The notes: a model not told the origin generated them from the sequence alone. DNA of 64,000 bases from an uncultured bacterium (GCA_963701085.1 OY969561.1:929858-993857), one strand, 5' to 3'; positions 9,823 to 20,263 are shown, counted from the stretch's first letter. Made by a program: numbers and translations.

Positions 9823-12321
9823 ATGGAAAAAAGATACGACCATCAATTATGTGAAGCGGCGGCGCAACAAAAATGGGAAACGGATAAAACCTATGCAATG
9901 GAAAACAATCCAGGACCATTATACAGCATAGATACCCCCCCTCCAACAGTTTCTGGGACACTGCACATTGGTCATATATTTTCTTATACACAAACCGATA
10001 TCATTGCCCGCTACAAACGCATAAACGGTTACTCTGTTTTTTATCCCTTTGGATTTGATGATAACGGCCTTCCAACAGAACGTTATGTGGAAAAAAAACG
10101 CAATGTTCGCGGGCATGAAATGTCCCGTTCAGAATTTATCAGCTCTATGCATCCAAGAATCTCATGAAGCCGCTGAAATATTTAAAAAATTATGGCAAAA
10201 AATGGGACTTTCTGCTGATTGGAGTGAGACATATTCAACCATATCAGATGATTCCCGCAAAATATCGCAAGAATCATTCATTGAACTGTTTAATAAAAAT
10301 TATATCTACCGCAAACAAGAACCAGCTTTATATTGCACAACCTGCCGCACATCCGTTGCACAAGCAGAACTTGATGATTTGCAAGACTTACCATCATTTT
10401 TCAACGGATATTATTTTTAAAGATAGTGATGGCAATGATCTGATTATCGCAACAACACGCCCTGAACTACTTCCTGCATGCGTTGCAGTACTCTATAACC
10501 CTGATGATGTTCGTTACACACATTTACATGGTAAAAAAGCAATTGTGCCTCTTTTTGGTCAAACTGTGCCTTTTATTACCTGATGATTTAGTTGCAATCG
10601 ATAAAGGCAGCGGCCTTGTGATGGTGTGTACCTTTGGTGATAAAACAGACATCATTTGGTACAAAAAACACAACTTACCCTATCGCCATGTTATTGGTCT
10701 TCGATGGCAAATGCACTGATAATGCTGGTTTTTTACAAGGTCTTAAAGTTGCAGATGCACGTGTAAAGGTTATTGAAACATTACGTGAACAAAATCTTTT
10801 ACCACGGCAACAACCAATTACGCATTCAGTTAACGTTCATGAACGGTGCAAAAAAGAAATTGAATACACTATTTTGCCACAATGGTTTAGTCAGTATTTT
10901 ACCATACAAAGACAAATTTTTAGAAATGGCTGACAGCATCAATTGGTACCCAACATTTATGAAATCTCGCTACAATGATTGGGTAGAAAATTTAGCATGG
11001 GATTGGGGAATATCTCGCCAACGCTTTTATGGCATTCCATTCCCTGCATGGCACTGCCAAGATTGCGGCAAAATCTTACTTGCGCATCCTTAATCAACTG
11101 CCTGTTGATCCACAAGAAACACCGCATTCCGGCCCTTGCCCTGATTGCGGTAAAAGCAATATCAAACCTGATACTGATGTTATGGATACATGGAATACAT
11201 CATCATTAACGCCGTACATTTGTTATGACGTCTTTCAAAAAATTAATAAAGTTCGTCTTACAAGTCCTTTCGAAGAAGACGCCCTGCGTAGCTGGGGCTC
11301 AAATGTCCATGCGCCCACAAGCACATGATATCATCCGCACCTGGGCATTCGATACCATCGTAAAATCATGGATGCACAACGGAATCGCTCCATGGAAAGA
11401 TATTGTTATTTCTGGTCACGTGCTCGCTGATAGTAAAGAGAAACTTTCAAAATCAAAAAGCAATGCGAGGCATGGATCCGGTGACTTATTACTCCAACAA
11501 TATCCTGCCGATGCAATTAGATACTGGACAACTTCAGGAAGACTTGGTCAAGACATGATGTTCTCAGAAGAACAACTTAAAATTGGCCAAAAATTAATCA
11601 CCAAGATGTGGAATGTTTTTCTTTTTGCACAACCACACTTGGTAAATTTTGTAAAACACCGCATACTACACCTAATCAAATTGGCGCGATTAACAAATGG
11701 CTCTTGCACACGATCTCTGCATGCTTTGAAAAATATCAGCAATACCTTGAACAACATGAATTTGGTTTAGCGCTCAACATGATCGAACAATTTTTCTGGA
11801 GCAACTTCTGCGACAATTACCTTGAACTGATTAAAAATCAATTATTTAATCCTGAACAATATAAAGCTGAATGGAAGTGGAAGCAACGCGTTGGACATTG
11901 TACCATGCAGGATTGCGCATACTGCAACTGTATTCACCATATTTGCCGCATATCACGGAAACAATCTATCATGAACTATATGCGCAACATGAAGCCCTAC
12001 AATCTATTCATCAAACACGTTACCAGGATGTACAAACTCCGTATGTATTTGCAGCTGAAGCAGAAATTATTAATGCCGTTATCGCAATTGCAACACAGGT
12101 ACGTAAATTAAAATCAGAAAAACAACTATCACTCAAAACACCGCTGACCACCATGAATGTTTTTACTCAAACACAATCAGTGACAATCAACAATTGAACA
12201 ACATGATCAGTTGATCCGTGGCATTACGCAGGCAGTGTCTGTTGTCGATGCAGCTCATAGTGGCCAAATTTCACGCTTCACCGAAAAAGATGGCGCATGG
12301 CATGCTGAGGTGGTGCTCTGA
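9823..12321 (+). pseudogene. valS: valyl-tRNA synthetase, 10 frame changes as sequenced
   Basis: Eleven colinear fragments: PPPTVSGTLHIGH (HIGH), [74 protein letters not shown] (KMSKS), ...AWHAEVVL* with TGA at 12319-12321. Frames (start mod 3) run 1,2,0,1,2,0,1,2,1,0,1. Confidence 0.85.
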
Positions 12322-12325
12322 GTAA

Positions 12326-12460
12326 TCCTTCGACACATCCTTCGCATAAAGCTTCGGGGACACTCAGGATGAGCGGCTAGAGAGTAAAATTCAATATTTT
12401 TATAAAATTTATTTACTCCTTCGCTCGTCCTGAGTGCCCCGCAGGGGTGTATCGAAGGAT
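12326..12460. repeat. palindromic repeat RE-A, full copy
   Basis: ATCCTTCGACACATCC...CGGGGACACTCAGGATGAGCGG, AT-rich centre, then TCGCTCGTCCTGAGTGCCCCGCAGGGGTGTATCGAAGGAT. Starts 5 nt after the valS stop. The ORF-track ORF 12255-12524 (-) is just this element. Confidence 0.8.
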
Positions 12461-12546
12461 AAAAAGCCTTTATATAGCTTGTTTTTTTTACAATTTCAGG
12501 CATACTAAAAAATAAAGTCCTCAATTAAAAATAGAGAGATTATGCA

Positions 12547-13038
12547 ATGGTTAATATAAACAATGAAGAATGCACCACAATCTAAAATAGAACAATCCGA
12601 GAAAGATGCCCAAAAAGTCTTATCTCATGGGATATGGGGATTTTGATTTGGGTATTTTATTAACCGATAATCAAGCAATTCAGTGTTTTAACCGTGATTT
12701 CCGCAGCAAAGATGAACCAACTGATATTTTATCATTCCCCTTTCATACAGACTTAAACCAGGAGAACAATGACTGTTGAAACTGAAGATGATAAAAATGT
12801 GGGCGATCTGATTATCTCACTTGAATATATTAAAGACCTCTGCGAACAAGAGAATAAAACAATTAATGAACATCTGCGCACATTGTTGTGCCACGGCATC
12901 TGCCATCTTCTTGGATATGACCACTACACAGAAAGTACTGACAAAGTCATGAAAGAAAAAGAAACATGGCTTGCTGCAAAATTGATAGAAGAAATGAATC
13001 CATCAATCAGTTTTTTATATTTCTATGTACGCTGTTAA
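12547..13038 (+). pseudogene. ybeY: rRNA maturation endoribonuclease YbeY, at least 3 frame changes in the 5' half
   Basis: HGICHLLGYDH (H..H.....H zinc motif) in the intact 3' half (12769-13038). Upstream fragments ...LGILLTDNQAIQCFNRDFRSKDEPTDILSFPF lie in other frames. Confidence 0.7.
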
Positions 13039-13090
13039 TGACAATAAGTTCACTTAGTTCTTTTGGTATAGAAATAGAGATTGTATATGA

Positions 13091-13426
13091 ATGGATTCTG
13101 GAGATATATCAATAAAAAATTTTGCCATAACTCCACCACAGTTAGATAACGATGACTCATTTTCTGATGTAGCATTATATGAAGCTGCCATTATAACAAA
13201 AGCAACAGCCAAACAAATAATGCTTGTTTCCAATAAAGATCCTGAAAAAATTGCTTTACTGAATAAACAACTTAATGCTCTTATCGATACAAACAATGTT
13301 ATTGATTTAAAAATCAATAAAGAAAAAGATAAAAAAAGGCAACTTGCCCTTGCAACTCATGAAGAAAAAACTATAGCAAAAAACAAATTATCCCAATTTT
13401 TACAAAAAAATAACAAGGAAATTTGA
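13091..13426 (+). CDS. hypothetical protein (111 aa)
   Basis: Uninterrupted ORF whose stop overlaps the next start (ATGA), suggesting an operon with 13423-13965. No motif recognised. Confidence 0.45.
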   Translation: MDSGDISIKNFAITPPQLDNDDSFSDVALYEAAIITKATAKQIMLVSNKDPEKIALLNKQLNALIDTNNVIDLKINKEKDKKRQLALATHEEKTIAKNKLSQFLQKNNKEI

Positions 13427-13965
13427 TGATCAAAAATATGCATAAAAAATCCTTAACTGTGTTGTGTTTATGTTTTTCTCTCTATCCTACTATCTTTTCT
13501 ATGAAAACAATGGATGATTTTAAAACTGCTCTTAACAAGTCCGATAAAAATTTAAATGAACTCATTAAATTAGCGGATGAATTATCAAAAGATAAAAAAA
13601 ATTATCACAAAATTGCTCTATTAGTTCATCCAGACAAAGCACAGCTAGAAGAAAAAAAGGTATTCGAAGAAATATGTAAGGCTGCAAATAATAGCAACGA
13701 ACAAGCAAATATAGCAATATCAATCACCAAGTCAGCAACTGCTGAAGATATAGAACGAGTCAAATTTCTTGATCAAGCAGATAATATTAAAAATGAAATC
13801 GAACAATTAAATACATTTCCTAGGAAAACGGTTCTACTAATAAATCTTGCAAGTCAAATAAAACAAGAAATATCTCATTCTTTTATTGATCAAACAGTTG
13901 ATGCATCATTCGGATTAATTTTAAAAAAACTAACTCCTGGCGCCATAAATAATATAGAATTTTAA
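13423..13965 (+). CDS. secreted J-domain-like protein
   Basis: Leader LTVLCLCFSLYPTIFSMK. Then KKNYHKIALLVHPDKAQLEEKKVFEEICKAANN, matching the J-domain helix II - HPD - helix III pattern (Y.K.AL..HPDK.....F..I..A). Confidence 0.55.
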   Translation: MMIKNMHKKSLTVLCLCFSLYPTIFSMKTMDDFKTALNKSDKNLNELIKLADELSKDKKNYHKIALLVHPDKAQLEEKKVFEEICKAANNSNEQANIAISITKSATAEDIERVKFLDQADNIKNEIEQLNTFPRKTVLLINLASQIKQEISHSFIDQTVDASFGLILKKLTPGAINNIEF

Positions 13966-14115
13966 AAATATTATATGATATAAAAGATCGATCTTCAAAA
14001 ATGGATGATGCACTCACCATGCATGCTGAACATAGAAAAGACTTACAAAAAACAACTGCTAAAAATTATACTAACGCTCAAAAGAAATTACAGTCCCATC
14101 TTAAGAAAGAAAAAA

Positions 14116-14694
14116 ATGATCACCAAAAAAAGACTTTATTCATTATCTATAATAGCTATTTTTTCAACTGCAGCTCTACATTCTATGGATCATCCCGAAG
14201 ATAATCAAAAACAACCTGCTCGAGAAAAAACTCCACAAGAAGAATTATATGAAGCACAAAAATATTTTTATGAACAAAAAGCGGCATCAAATAAAGCAAT
14301 GCAAGATCTTCAGGAAAAAATACATGGTATTCCTGGCCATACGCAAAGAGCAGTAATTACCAAAGCTATAGACCTAGCTGGTACATGGACTGATCGTGGT
14401 ATTACCACTGCATTCAATGAAATCAGAAAAAATAATGGATGGCTTACAGAAGAAGAAGAGATAGCTCTACAAATTCATAGAGAATTGCGTATAGCAAAAG
14501 AAAAAGAGAATATCTTAACGGAATCTACTACCGCAACTAAAAAAGCTGAAGAAATTTATTATAATAGTCAAACACTTAACGCAGAAATTGATGCTGCAAT
14601 AAAACTGTGCCAAGGTAGAGCCTCAAGCGATACCCAATGTCGCGAGCTTACTGAAGAGTTATTTAAAAAATTAAAAGAACAAACAAAAAAATAG
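14116..14694 (+). CDS. secreted coiled-coil hypothetical protein
   Basis: The ORF-track ORF begins at 14005. The internal ATG at 14116 (MITKKRLYSLSIIAIFSTAALHSMD) gives the leader shape shared by other secreted ORFs here. Confidence 0.5.
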   Translation: MITKKRLYSLSIIAIFSTAALHSMDHPEDNQKQPAREKTPQEELYEAQKYFYEQKAASNKAMQDLQEKIHGIPGHTQRAVITKAIDLAGTWTDRGITTAFNEIRKNNGWLTEEEEIALQIHRELRIAKEKENILTESTTATKKAEEIYYNSQTLNAEIDAAIKLCQGRASSDTQCRELTEELFKKLKEQTKK

Positions 14695-14772
14695 ATCCCT
14701 CCCAAAAATAATACAAAAAAAAGAGCTCAGAATAACTCTGGACTCTTTTTTTTTGTTTCCACCATTCGACGA

Positions 14773-15382
14773 TTACATCTGCTTTGATAAATAAGAAAGC
14801 GCTTGTCGCAACAAAAGATCAAACGTAACCAGCTCCCCTTTAATACTCTTTTTTAAATAATCCATTGCACGTCCAATTTCCGGCCGAGAGTAATTTAATG
14901 ATTGCAATGCAAGACTAACATCATGAAAGTGCGATACATCTTTTATATCACCAACATCAACAGTGCCAGACTCAATGAGTGTGGCAACTTTGTGTTTTAA
15001 TGAAACAATAATTTGCTCCGCCTTTTTTTTACCAATGCCATTAACTTTACTGAGCATCTGATCATCGCCGGTTGAAATTGCTTGCAAAAACCCCTGCGCC
15101 CCCCAGATCAGCCAAAATCGCCAAACCTATCTTAGGGCCAATGCCAGAACAGCTAATAATTACCTGAAAAATTGATCTATCCAACGGCTTTGCAAAACCA
15201 AAAAGACTCGGGCCATTTTCAGCATTCCAGTGCAGATAACTATACACTTTACTGGAAACACCTATCTCAAAACCCTGCACATTTGGCACCTGCAAAGAAA
15301 TGCCTATCATGCCCACATCAAGAATAATTGTCTGATCCTGAGCCTCTTTTACTACCCCTACAAAATAATCTACCATAATCAT
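14773..15382 (-). pseudogene. ruvA: Holliday junction helicase subunit RuvA, one frame change as sequenced
   Basis: N-terminal OB-fold half (15062-15382) and HhH half (NGIGKKKAEQI, 14773-15087). Removing one G from the G6 run at about 15100-15106 restores ...LADLGAQGFLQAISTGDDQML.... Confidence 0.8.
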
Positions 15383-15530
15383 TATTCCCTACGTAATACA
15401 ATAGAATCTTAAAGGTATCAAAAAAAGCGCTATCTAAGCAAATAAATACCATCATTTATTGTTGACAAAAACTACACTCATGGTACCTTATCAATGTACT
15501 CTTACATTTTTGTAAAAGTCAGTTCTACAA

Positions 15531-15605
15531 GCGGGAATAGCTTAGCGGTAGAGCGTTGCCTTGCCAAGGCAAAGGTCGCGGGTTCAAATCCCGTTTCCCG
15601 CTCCA
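15531..15605 (+). tRNA. tRNA-Gly (anticodon GCC), CCA encoded
   Basis: Hand-folded cloverleaf: acceptor GCGGGAA/TTCCCGC, D arm GCTT-AGCGGTA-GAGC, anticodon stem TTGCC/GGCAA with loop TTGCCAA, variable AGGTC, T arm GCGGG-TTCAAAT-CCCGT, discriminator T, CCA. Confidence 0.9.
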
Positions 15606-15648
15606 AAATTTTATCCTTTTTTTTATCTATCCACACAAGGTTACCTTC

Positions 15649-16372
15649 ATGAAATCGATCATTGAACAAGCATCATCAATAATAAAAGCTATTGAAAAAG
15701 CATGGAATCAAGCAGAAAAACCAAAAGAATTTTCAATCAAAGTCTTTGAACAAGAAGAAAGAAACTTTTTTGGCATGGCTACCAAGCCAGCCAAAATTGG
15801 TATTTTTTTTAGTGACAAGCCTGTTATTTATGAAAAACCTACATCAAGACCTCGTCAAGAGATAAAAGAATGTCGCCCCTCCTTTACTAAGACTGAAAAC
15901 AAACCTGTTGTAAAACCAGCACCACAACCTGCACACAAAGCGCAGCCAACTCAACATAAGCCTTCTGCACCGCAGACAAAACCTGATACAGTTCAACAAC
16001 GCACTTCCTCCTTCGCCAAGGCTACGGCGGACAGGTCAGACAAGGCAAAAACCCACGGAACAAACTCACGTAGCGGCTCCTCAAGCGGAAAAGGCACAGC
16101 GAATACCTACTACATGGAATGATACAATGATCGCTGCAACACACAATTGGCTCAAAAAAACATTATCCCTCATGGGTTTAGGATCTATTGATTTCAGCTC
16201 AGAAATTGCTGGCAAAAATTTAAAGCTTACCTTTAATACGCCATTAGTTGCTGACCCAATGCATGAAAAACAACTATTTCGCAGCTTTGCGCACTTGATT
16301 ATGTCTTCTTTGCGCAATCAATACAAACAAGAAATTAAGGATCTTAAAGTGATCCTGATTCGCCCCGAGTAA
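15649..16372 (+). pseudogene. jag: Jag/KhpB-like RNA-binding protein (Jag_N plus KH-like domain), frame change in the linker
   Basis: MKSIIEQASSIIKAIEKAWNQAEKPKEFSIKVFEQEERNFFGMATKPAKIGIFF fits the Jag_N pattern. 16127-16372 gives the KH-like part. Both frames are open across 16000-16120, where a GC-rich repeat-like segment sits. Located just upstream of mnmE, as is common. Confidence 0.6.
16002..16095. repeat. repeat family RE-C segment inside the jag linker
   Basis: CACTTCCTCCTTCGCCAAGGCTACGGCGGACAGGTCAG resembles the intergenic copy CACTTCCTCCGTCGCTAAAGCTATGGAGGACACAGCAG at 43184-43221. Further weak similarity continues downstream (..AGCGGAAAAGG vs ..AGCGGAAGAG). Confidence 0.5.
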
Positions 16373-16386
16373 ATTAAAAGTATCTC

Positions 16387-17766
16387 ATGCTATATTCTAC
16401 CTCAAATGATGTTATTATCGCGCAATGCACGCCACAAGGCAGTGGTGCTATTGCTTTATTACGATTATCCGGTGACAATGCTTTTGCAATTGCTGAAAAA
16501 ATAAGCAAACTCCCTGGCAACAAAACAATAAGTACCCAGCCAACACATACTATTCATTATGGATGGGTAGTTGATAACAATGGCACGCATATTGATCAAG
16601 TACTTTTTTTATTAATGCGCGCTCCGCATACATTTACCGGTGACGATACGGTGGAAATCACCTGCCACAACAACCCTTTTATTATCCAAAACATTATCCA
16701 AGTAGCCCTGCTTGCAGGCGCACGCCTTGCACAAGAAGGTGAATTTTCTCGCCGTGCTGTAGGGAACAATAAAATTGATATTGTTCAAGCAGAAGCCATA
16801 AATGATCTTATTCATGCAAATACACAGCTTGCTCTGAAACAATCACTATCACAACTTGAAGGCAGTTTTTCTCACTGGGTTACAACCATAGAAAAACAAC
16901 TTATTAAAGCTCTAGCTCTATCAGATGCAAGCTTTGAGTTTCTTGATGAAGAAAATATGGAATTCAATCTCCAAATCAAAGAAATTATTGATTCAGTAAT
17001 AACAACCATCAGTACACTCAAAAGTACATTTAATCAGCAACAACAGATTAGAAATGGTATCCGTATTGCTATTATCGGGTCAGTCAATGCAGGAAAATCA
17101 TCATTATTTAATGCACTACTCAATCAAGAACGGGCAATTGTCACCAATATTGCCGGCACCACGCGTGATGCCATTGAAGCTGGTCTTTATAAAAATGGTA
17201 ATTACTGGACCCTCATTGATACCGCCGGCCTGCGCACAACTGATAATATTATTGAACAAATGGGTATCACACGATCCCACGAGCAAGCTCATAAAGCTGA
17301 TATCATCCTACTCGTATTTGATGGGTCACAGCAGCTATCTGGTGCTGAATGCACCGTGTATCAGAATTTACTCGATACATACACAGATAAAATTATTATT
17401 GTCATTAACAAAACAGACCTACCTCAACAAGCTCATCAATTAATAAGCAATAGAACAACTTATTCCGCATGCACCACTGATAAAAACAGCATCAAGGCGA
17501 TTGAATCAGCGGTCCAAGACAAAATAAACTCATTGTTTGCATCTATTGGATCACCGTTCCTTCTTAATCAACGCCACTACAATAACTTACTTTCCCTTGA
17601 AAGCGGACTAACAGCAACTGTAAGCCTGCTTGGCGAAAAAACAAGCTATGAACTCGTCTCCTATCACCTCCAAGATGCTCTGACCTGCCTATCCGAACTA
17701 ACCGGCAAAACAATCAGCGAAGCGGGTATGGATGCTGTTTTCCGTGAATTCTGCGTTGGTAAATAA
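16387..17766 (+). CDS. mnmE: tRNA modification GTPase MnmE
   Basis: 459 aa with G1 motif GSVNAGKSSLFNAL, DTAGLR, NKTDL and the C-terminal CVGK tetrapeptide typical of MnmE. Confidence 0.92.
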   Translation: MLYSTSNDVIIAQCTPQGSGAIALLRLSGDNAFAIAEKISKLPGNKTISTQPTHTIHYGWVVDNNGTHIDQVLFLLMRAPHTFTGDDTVEITCHNNPFIIQNIIQVALLAGARLAQEGEFSRRAVGNNKIDIVQAEAINDLIHANTQLALKQSLSQLEGSFSHWVTTIEKQLIKALALSDASFEFLDEENMEFNLQIKEIIDSVITTISTLKSTFNQQQQIRNGIRIAIIGSVNAGKSSLFNALLNQERAIVTNIAGTTRDAIEAGLYKNGNYWTLIDTAGLRTTDNIIEQMGITRSHEQAHKADIILLVFDGSQQLSGAECTVYQNLLDTYTDKIIIVINKTDLPQQAHQLISNRTTYSACTTDKNSIKAIESAVQDKINSLFASIGSPFLLNQRHYNNLLSLESGLTATVSLLGEKTSYELVSYHLQDALTCLSELTGKTISEAGMDAVFREFCVGK

Positions 17767-17870
17767 CATATCCAAAAAGAAATTATTCATAAAACTATTT
17801 CAATTGCTTATGCCAATATGATATATTTTACATAGAGAGACAATATAGTTTAAAAACGAAGGATGATGAA

Positions 17871-18722
17871 ATGCTAAGTACAAAAAAGTTTTTTATACCA
17901 TTACTAATCGCACTCAATATAATATCCATACGCAATATAACGTGCATGGAGAGTATCCAGACTTTTGACCTGGATACATATCGTTGTAAATCAGCTTCAG
18001 TAACACCAGTCTATACCCATAAGGACAAGCTCTGTGTCATCCCAACAAGGGAAGCTGAAGGTAAAGATCAAAAAAAGGGTGGTAAAAAATATACCTACGA
18101 TGATTTTAGTGGTGGTAGCGAAAAAAAAGACACAAATCCATTAGCATCTGCTGCGCGAGAATTTTGGGAAGAAGCTATGTTACAAGAAACACTTGGATGG
18201 AACGTAGAAGACACAGAAAATTTTATAAAAGAAAATACATTATATGCTATTGCATATACAAAGGATCCAAATCCACATAACCCAAAAAGTAGAGACGTGA
18301 GAAACGTTACCTATATTGTCAATTTTGATAAATACGCGGACAAATTATTTGCCAATTTTTATGATGCACGAAAAAGTGAACAAGCACGTTATAAAAAACT
18401 CGGCACAAGAAGAAAGCACCAACATACTACGGAAAAAGATAAGATTGCTTCAATCTTGTGGGATGATTTAAAAGAAGCATCCATTACCAATAAAAAAACT
18501 ATATGGGCTGCTGTTAAAGATCCACAAACAAAACGTTTTAAAAAAGAACAAGTTACGTTGAGACCATTTTTCCCATCAAAGTTACGTCCATTCTTCCTTG
18601 ATATGCCATATGAACAAGGTGCAAATGATAACATAAGACATTATCATGCGCGTCTAAGAGAAGTATACACATTTTCTTCTTCTTCAGAGGAATGCACCTG
18701 TTCTTCATCAGAGGAAATATAA
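17871..18722 (+). CDS. secreted Nudix-box-containing protein (paralogue 1)
   Basis: Leader ...IRNITCME. FSGGSEKKDTNPLASAAREFWEEAML has Nudix-box spacing (GG, RE at +16/+17, EE at +20/+21), although the first Glu of the box is not conserved. Confidence 0.55.
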   Translation: MLSTKKFFIPLLIALNIISIRNITCMESIQTFDLDTYRCKSASVTPVYTHKDKLCVIPTREAEGKDQKKGGKKYTYDDFSGGSEKKDTNPLASAAREFWEEAMLQETLGWNVEDTENFIKENTLYAIAYTKDPNPHNPKSRDVRNVTYIVNFDKYADKLFANFYDARKSEQARYKKLGTRRKHQHTTEKDKIASILWDDLKEASITNKKTIWAAVKDPQTKRFKKEQVTLRPFFPSKLRPFFLDMPYEQGANDNIRHYHARLREVYTFSSSSEECTCSSSEEI

Positions 18723-18743
18723 AAAAACAAAAGGGAGTGTACC

Positions 18744-19517
18744 ATGATACTCAACAAAAAGTTTTTTACTCCATTAGTTATCGCATTAACAATAGTATCT
18801 AGTATCACTCCTCATACGTTTCACCTTGATCAATTTGATCATCTATCAGCTGCAGTGTTACCGACATTCACTCATCGCAATATAAAATGGGCGATTCTGA
18901 GTAGAGAAGGTTATGGTATCACCAAAAAGCATACGTATGACTCTTTTAGCGGTGGCAAAGATAAAGGTGAAACACATCCAATACAAACGGCTGCGCATGA
19001 GTTTCTCCAAGAAGCAATTTTAGAGCACGTACTCAACTGGAATCTTGAAGATGTAGAAAAATTTATTGATCCAGAAAATGAATACACATGGGTTGTTATA
19101 GCCTATGAAAAAGATACAGATCTTAATAATCCAAAAAATAGAGCTGTTCGCAACGTTACCTACATCGTCAATTTTAATAAATACAAAACCAAGCTCTTTA
19201 AACAATTTTATGCTGCTCGTGAGCAAGAAATGGCACGCTATGAAGCTGCAGGCATCCCTGGAAAACATCGCACCACCACAGAAAAAGATCGCCTTGCTAA
19301 AGTACGCTGGAGAGATCTTGGAAATGCAATTCTTAATCAAGAAAATAAAAATGACCCTGTAACAGTATCGGCCTATGTACTCGATCCTAAAACACAAAAA
19401 TTTAATAAAGAAATTATTACATTACGACCAATTTTAGTCATGACATTACGTCCGCTCTTCCTTGGCTCCGAATATGAGCACGGAGAGAATGAAAAAATAA
19501 AATATTATGATGAATAA
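18744..19517 (+). CDS. secreted Nudix-box-like protein (paralogue 2)
   Basis: Colinear with 17871-18722 (FSGGKDKGETHPIQTAAHEFLQEAIL; RNVTYIVNF; TTEKD; TLRP). The box Arg is replaced by His. Confidence 0.5.
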   Translation: MILNKKFFTPLVIALTIVSSITPHTFHLDQFDHLSAAVLPTFTHRNIKWAILSREGYGITKKHTYDSFSGGKDKGETHPIQTAAHEFLQEAILEHVLNWNLEDVEKFIDPENEYTWVVIAYEKDTDLNNPKNRAVRNVTYIVNFNKYKTKLFKQFYAAREQEMARYEAAGIPGKHRTTTEKDRLAKVRWRDLGNAILNQENKNDPVTVSAYVLDPKTQKFNKEIITLRPILVMTLRPLFLGSEYEHGENEKIKYYDE

Positions 19518-19581
19518 AAAAATCCACCCCTTTGATTTTTTTCAAAGAGGCGGACAATTTAATTTAAAACTAATGAATTGC

Positions 19582-20263
19582 TTACGTGTAAATTACACGA
19601 ACTTCAACACGACGGTTTGGTGCACGATGTTCACGTGATCCGTTAACCACTTTACCATTGATCAGCACTGGGCATTCTTGGCCACGACCAACAACTTTAA
19701 TAGCACTTCTATCAACACCAGCTGCTACAAAAAGATCTGCCACAACTTTTGCACGTTTTTCTGACAATGCCAAGTTATATGCAGGCGTACCTTCTTGACA
19801 AGCATGACCTTCAATTACCACGGTTGGTTGTGCTGCTCTGCCAGCTTCTGCTACCAACTGTTTTACTTGGTCAATATCATAGCTTAATGATTCTTTTTGA
19901 TCTGCTCTTACGCCATAGTGATTGAATGAGAAATAGAGTTTTTTGAATTCATCATCTGTTTGAGCATCTATCCATGAAAATTCTTCATTTTCCTCAATAG
20001 TCATCAGATCTTCATCCTCGTCTTCATCTTCCTCGTGCATAGGAAGATCTTCGTCTTCATCCAAATCAAAACTTGCAAGATCTTCTTCCGTCAACTTCGT
20101 CCATGTCGAGGTCATCTTCATCAAACTCTTCAACATCAACATCGATATCCATGTATTTTTCAACAGCATTTTTTCTTACTGATTGCTTAGATGATTCTTG
20201 TTTTTTACCACAACCAGGTAAACTTACCACCAAAGCGAGGACTAAAAGAGACAATTTCTTCAT
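19582..20263 (-). pseudogene. pal: OmpA-domain peptidoglycan-associated lipoprotein (Pal-like), one frame change as sequenced
   Basis: Lipobox LPGC (20066-20263 fragment), acidic D/E linker, OmpA_C core ...NLALSEKRAKVVADLF...NRRVEVRV. One extra G near 20085-20095 (GACGGAAG) separates the two fragments. Confidence 0.75.

Noticed and set aside
9823-12321. Programmed ribosomal frameshifting as the explanation for the valS frame changes
   Set aside because: There are ten switches in one gene, in both directions, at unrelated sequence contexts, with no shared slippery heptamer or downstream structure. The same kind of lesion occurs in unrelated genes.
12255-12524. 89-aa minus-strand ORF
   Set aside because: It lies entirely within the RE-A palindromic repeat (peptide ..FYPSIHPCGALRTSEG.. 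is a repeat translation). The same applies to 5963-6148 (+), 21880-22086 (-) and the first 36 codons of 52116-52973.
15455-15500. TTGACA box upstream of tRNA-Gly as a promoter
   Set aside because: No acceptable -10 hexamer lies at 16-19 nt spacing (the best candidates are ACCTTA and TATCAA, the latter at 21 nt), so it was not called.
15556-15648. N-terminal extension of the jag ORF (MPCQGKGRGFKSRFPLQ...)
   Set aside because: These codons are the tRNA-Gly gene read as protein. The Jag_N domain begins at ATG 15649.
20066-20169. Separate small acidic protein (D/E-rich ORF overlap region)
   Set aside because: It is the low-complexity acidic linker of the Pal-like lipoprotein, read in two frames because of one extra base. 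It is not an independent gene.
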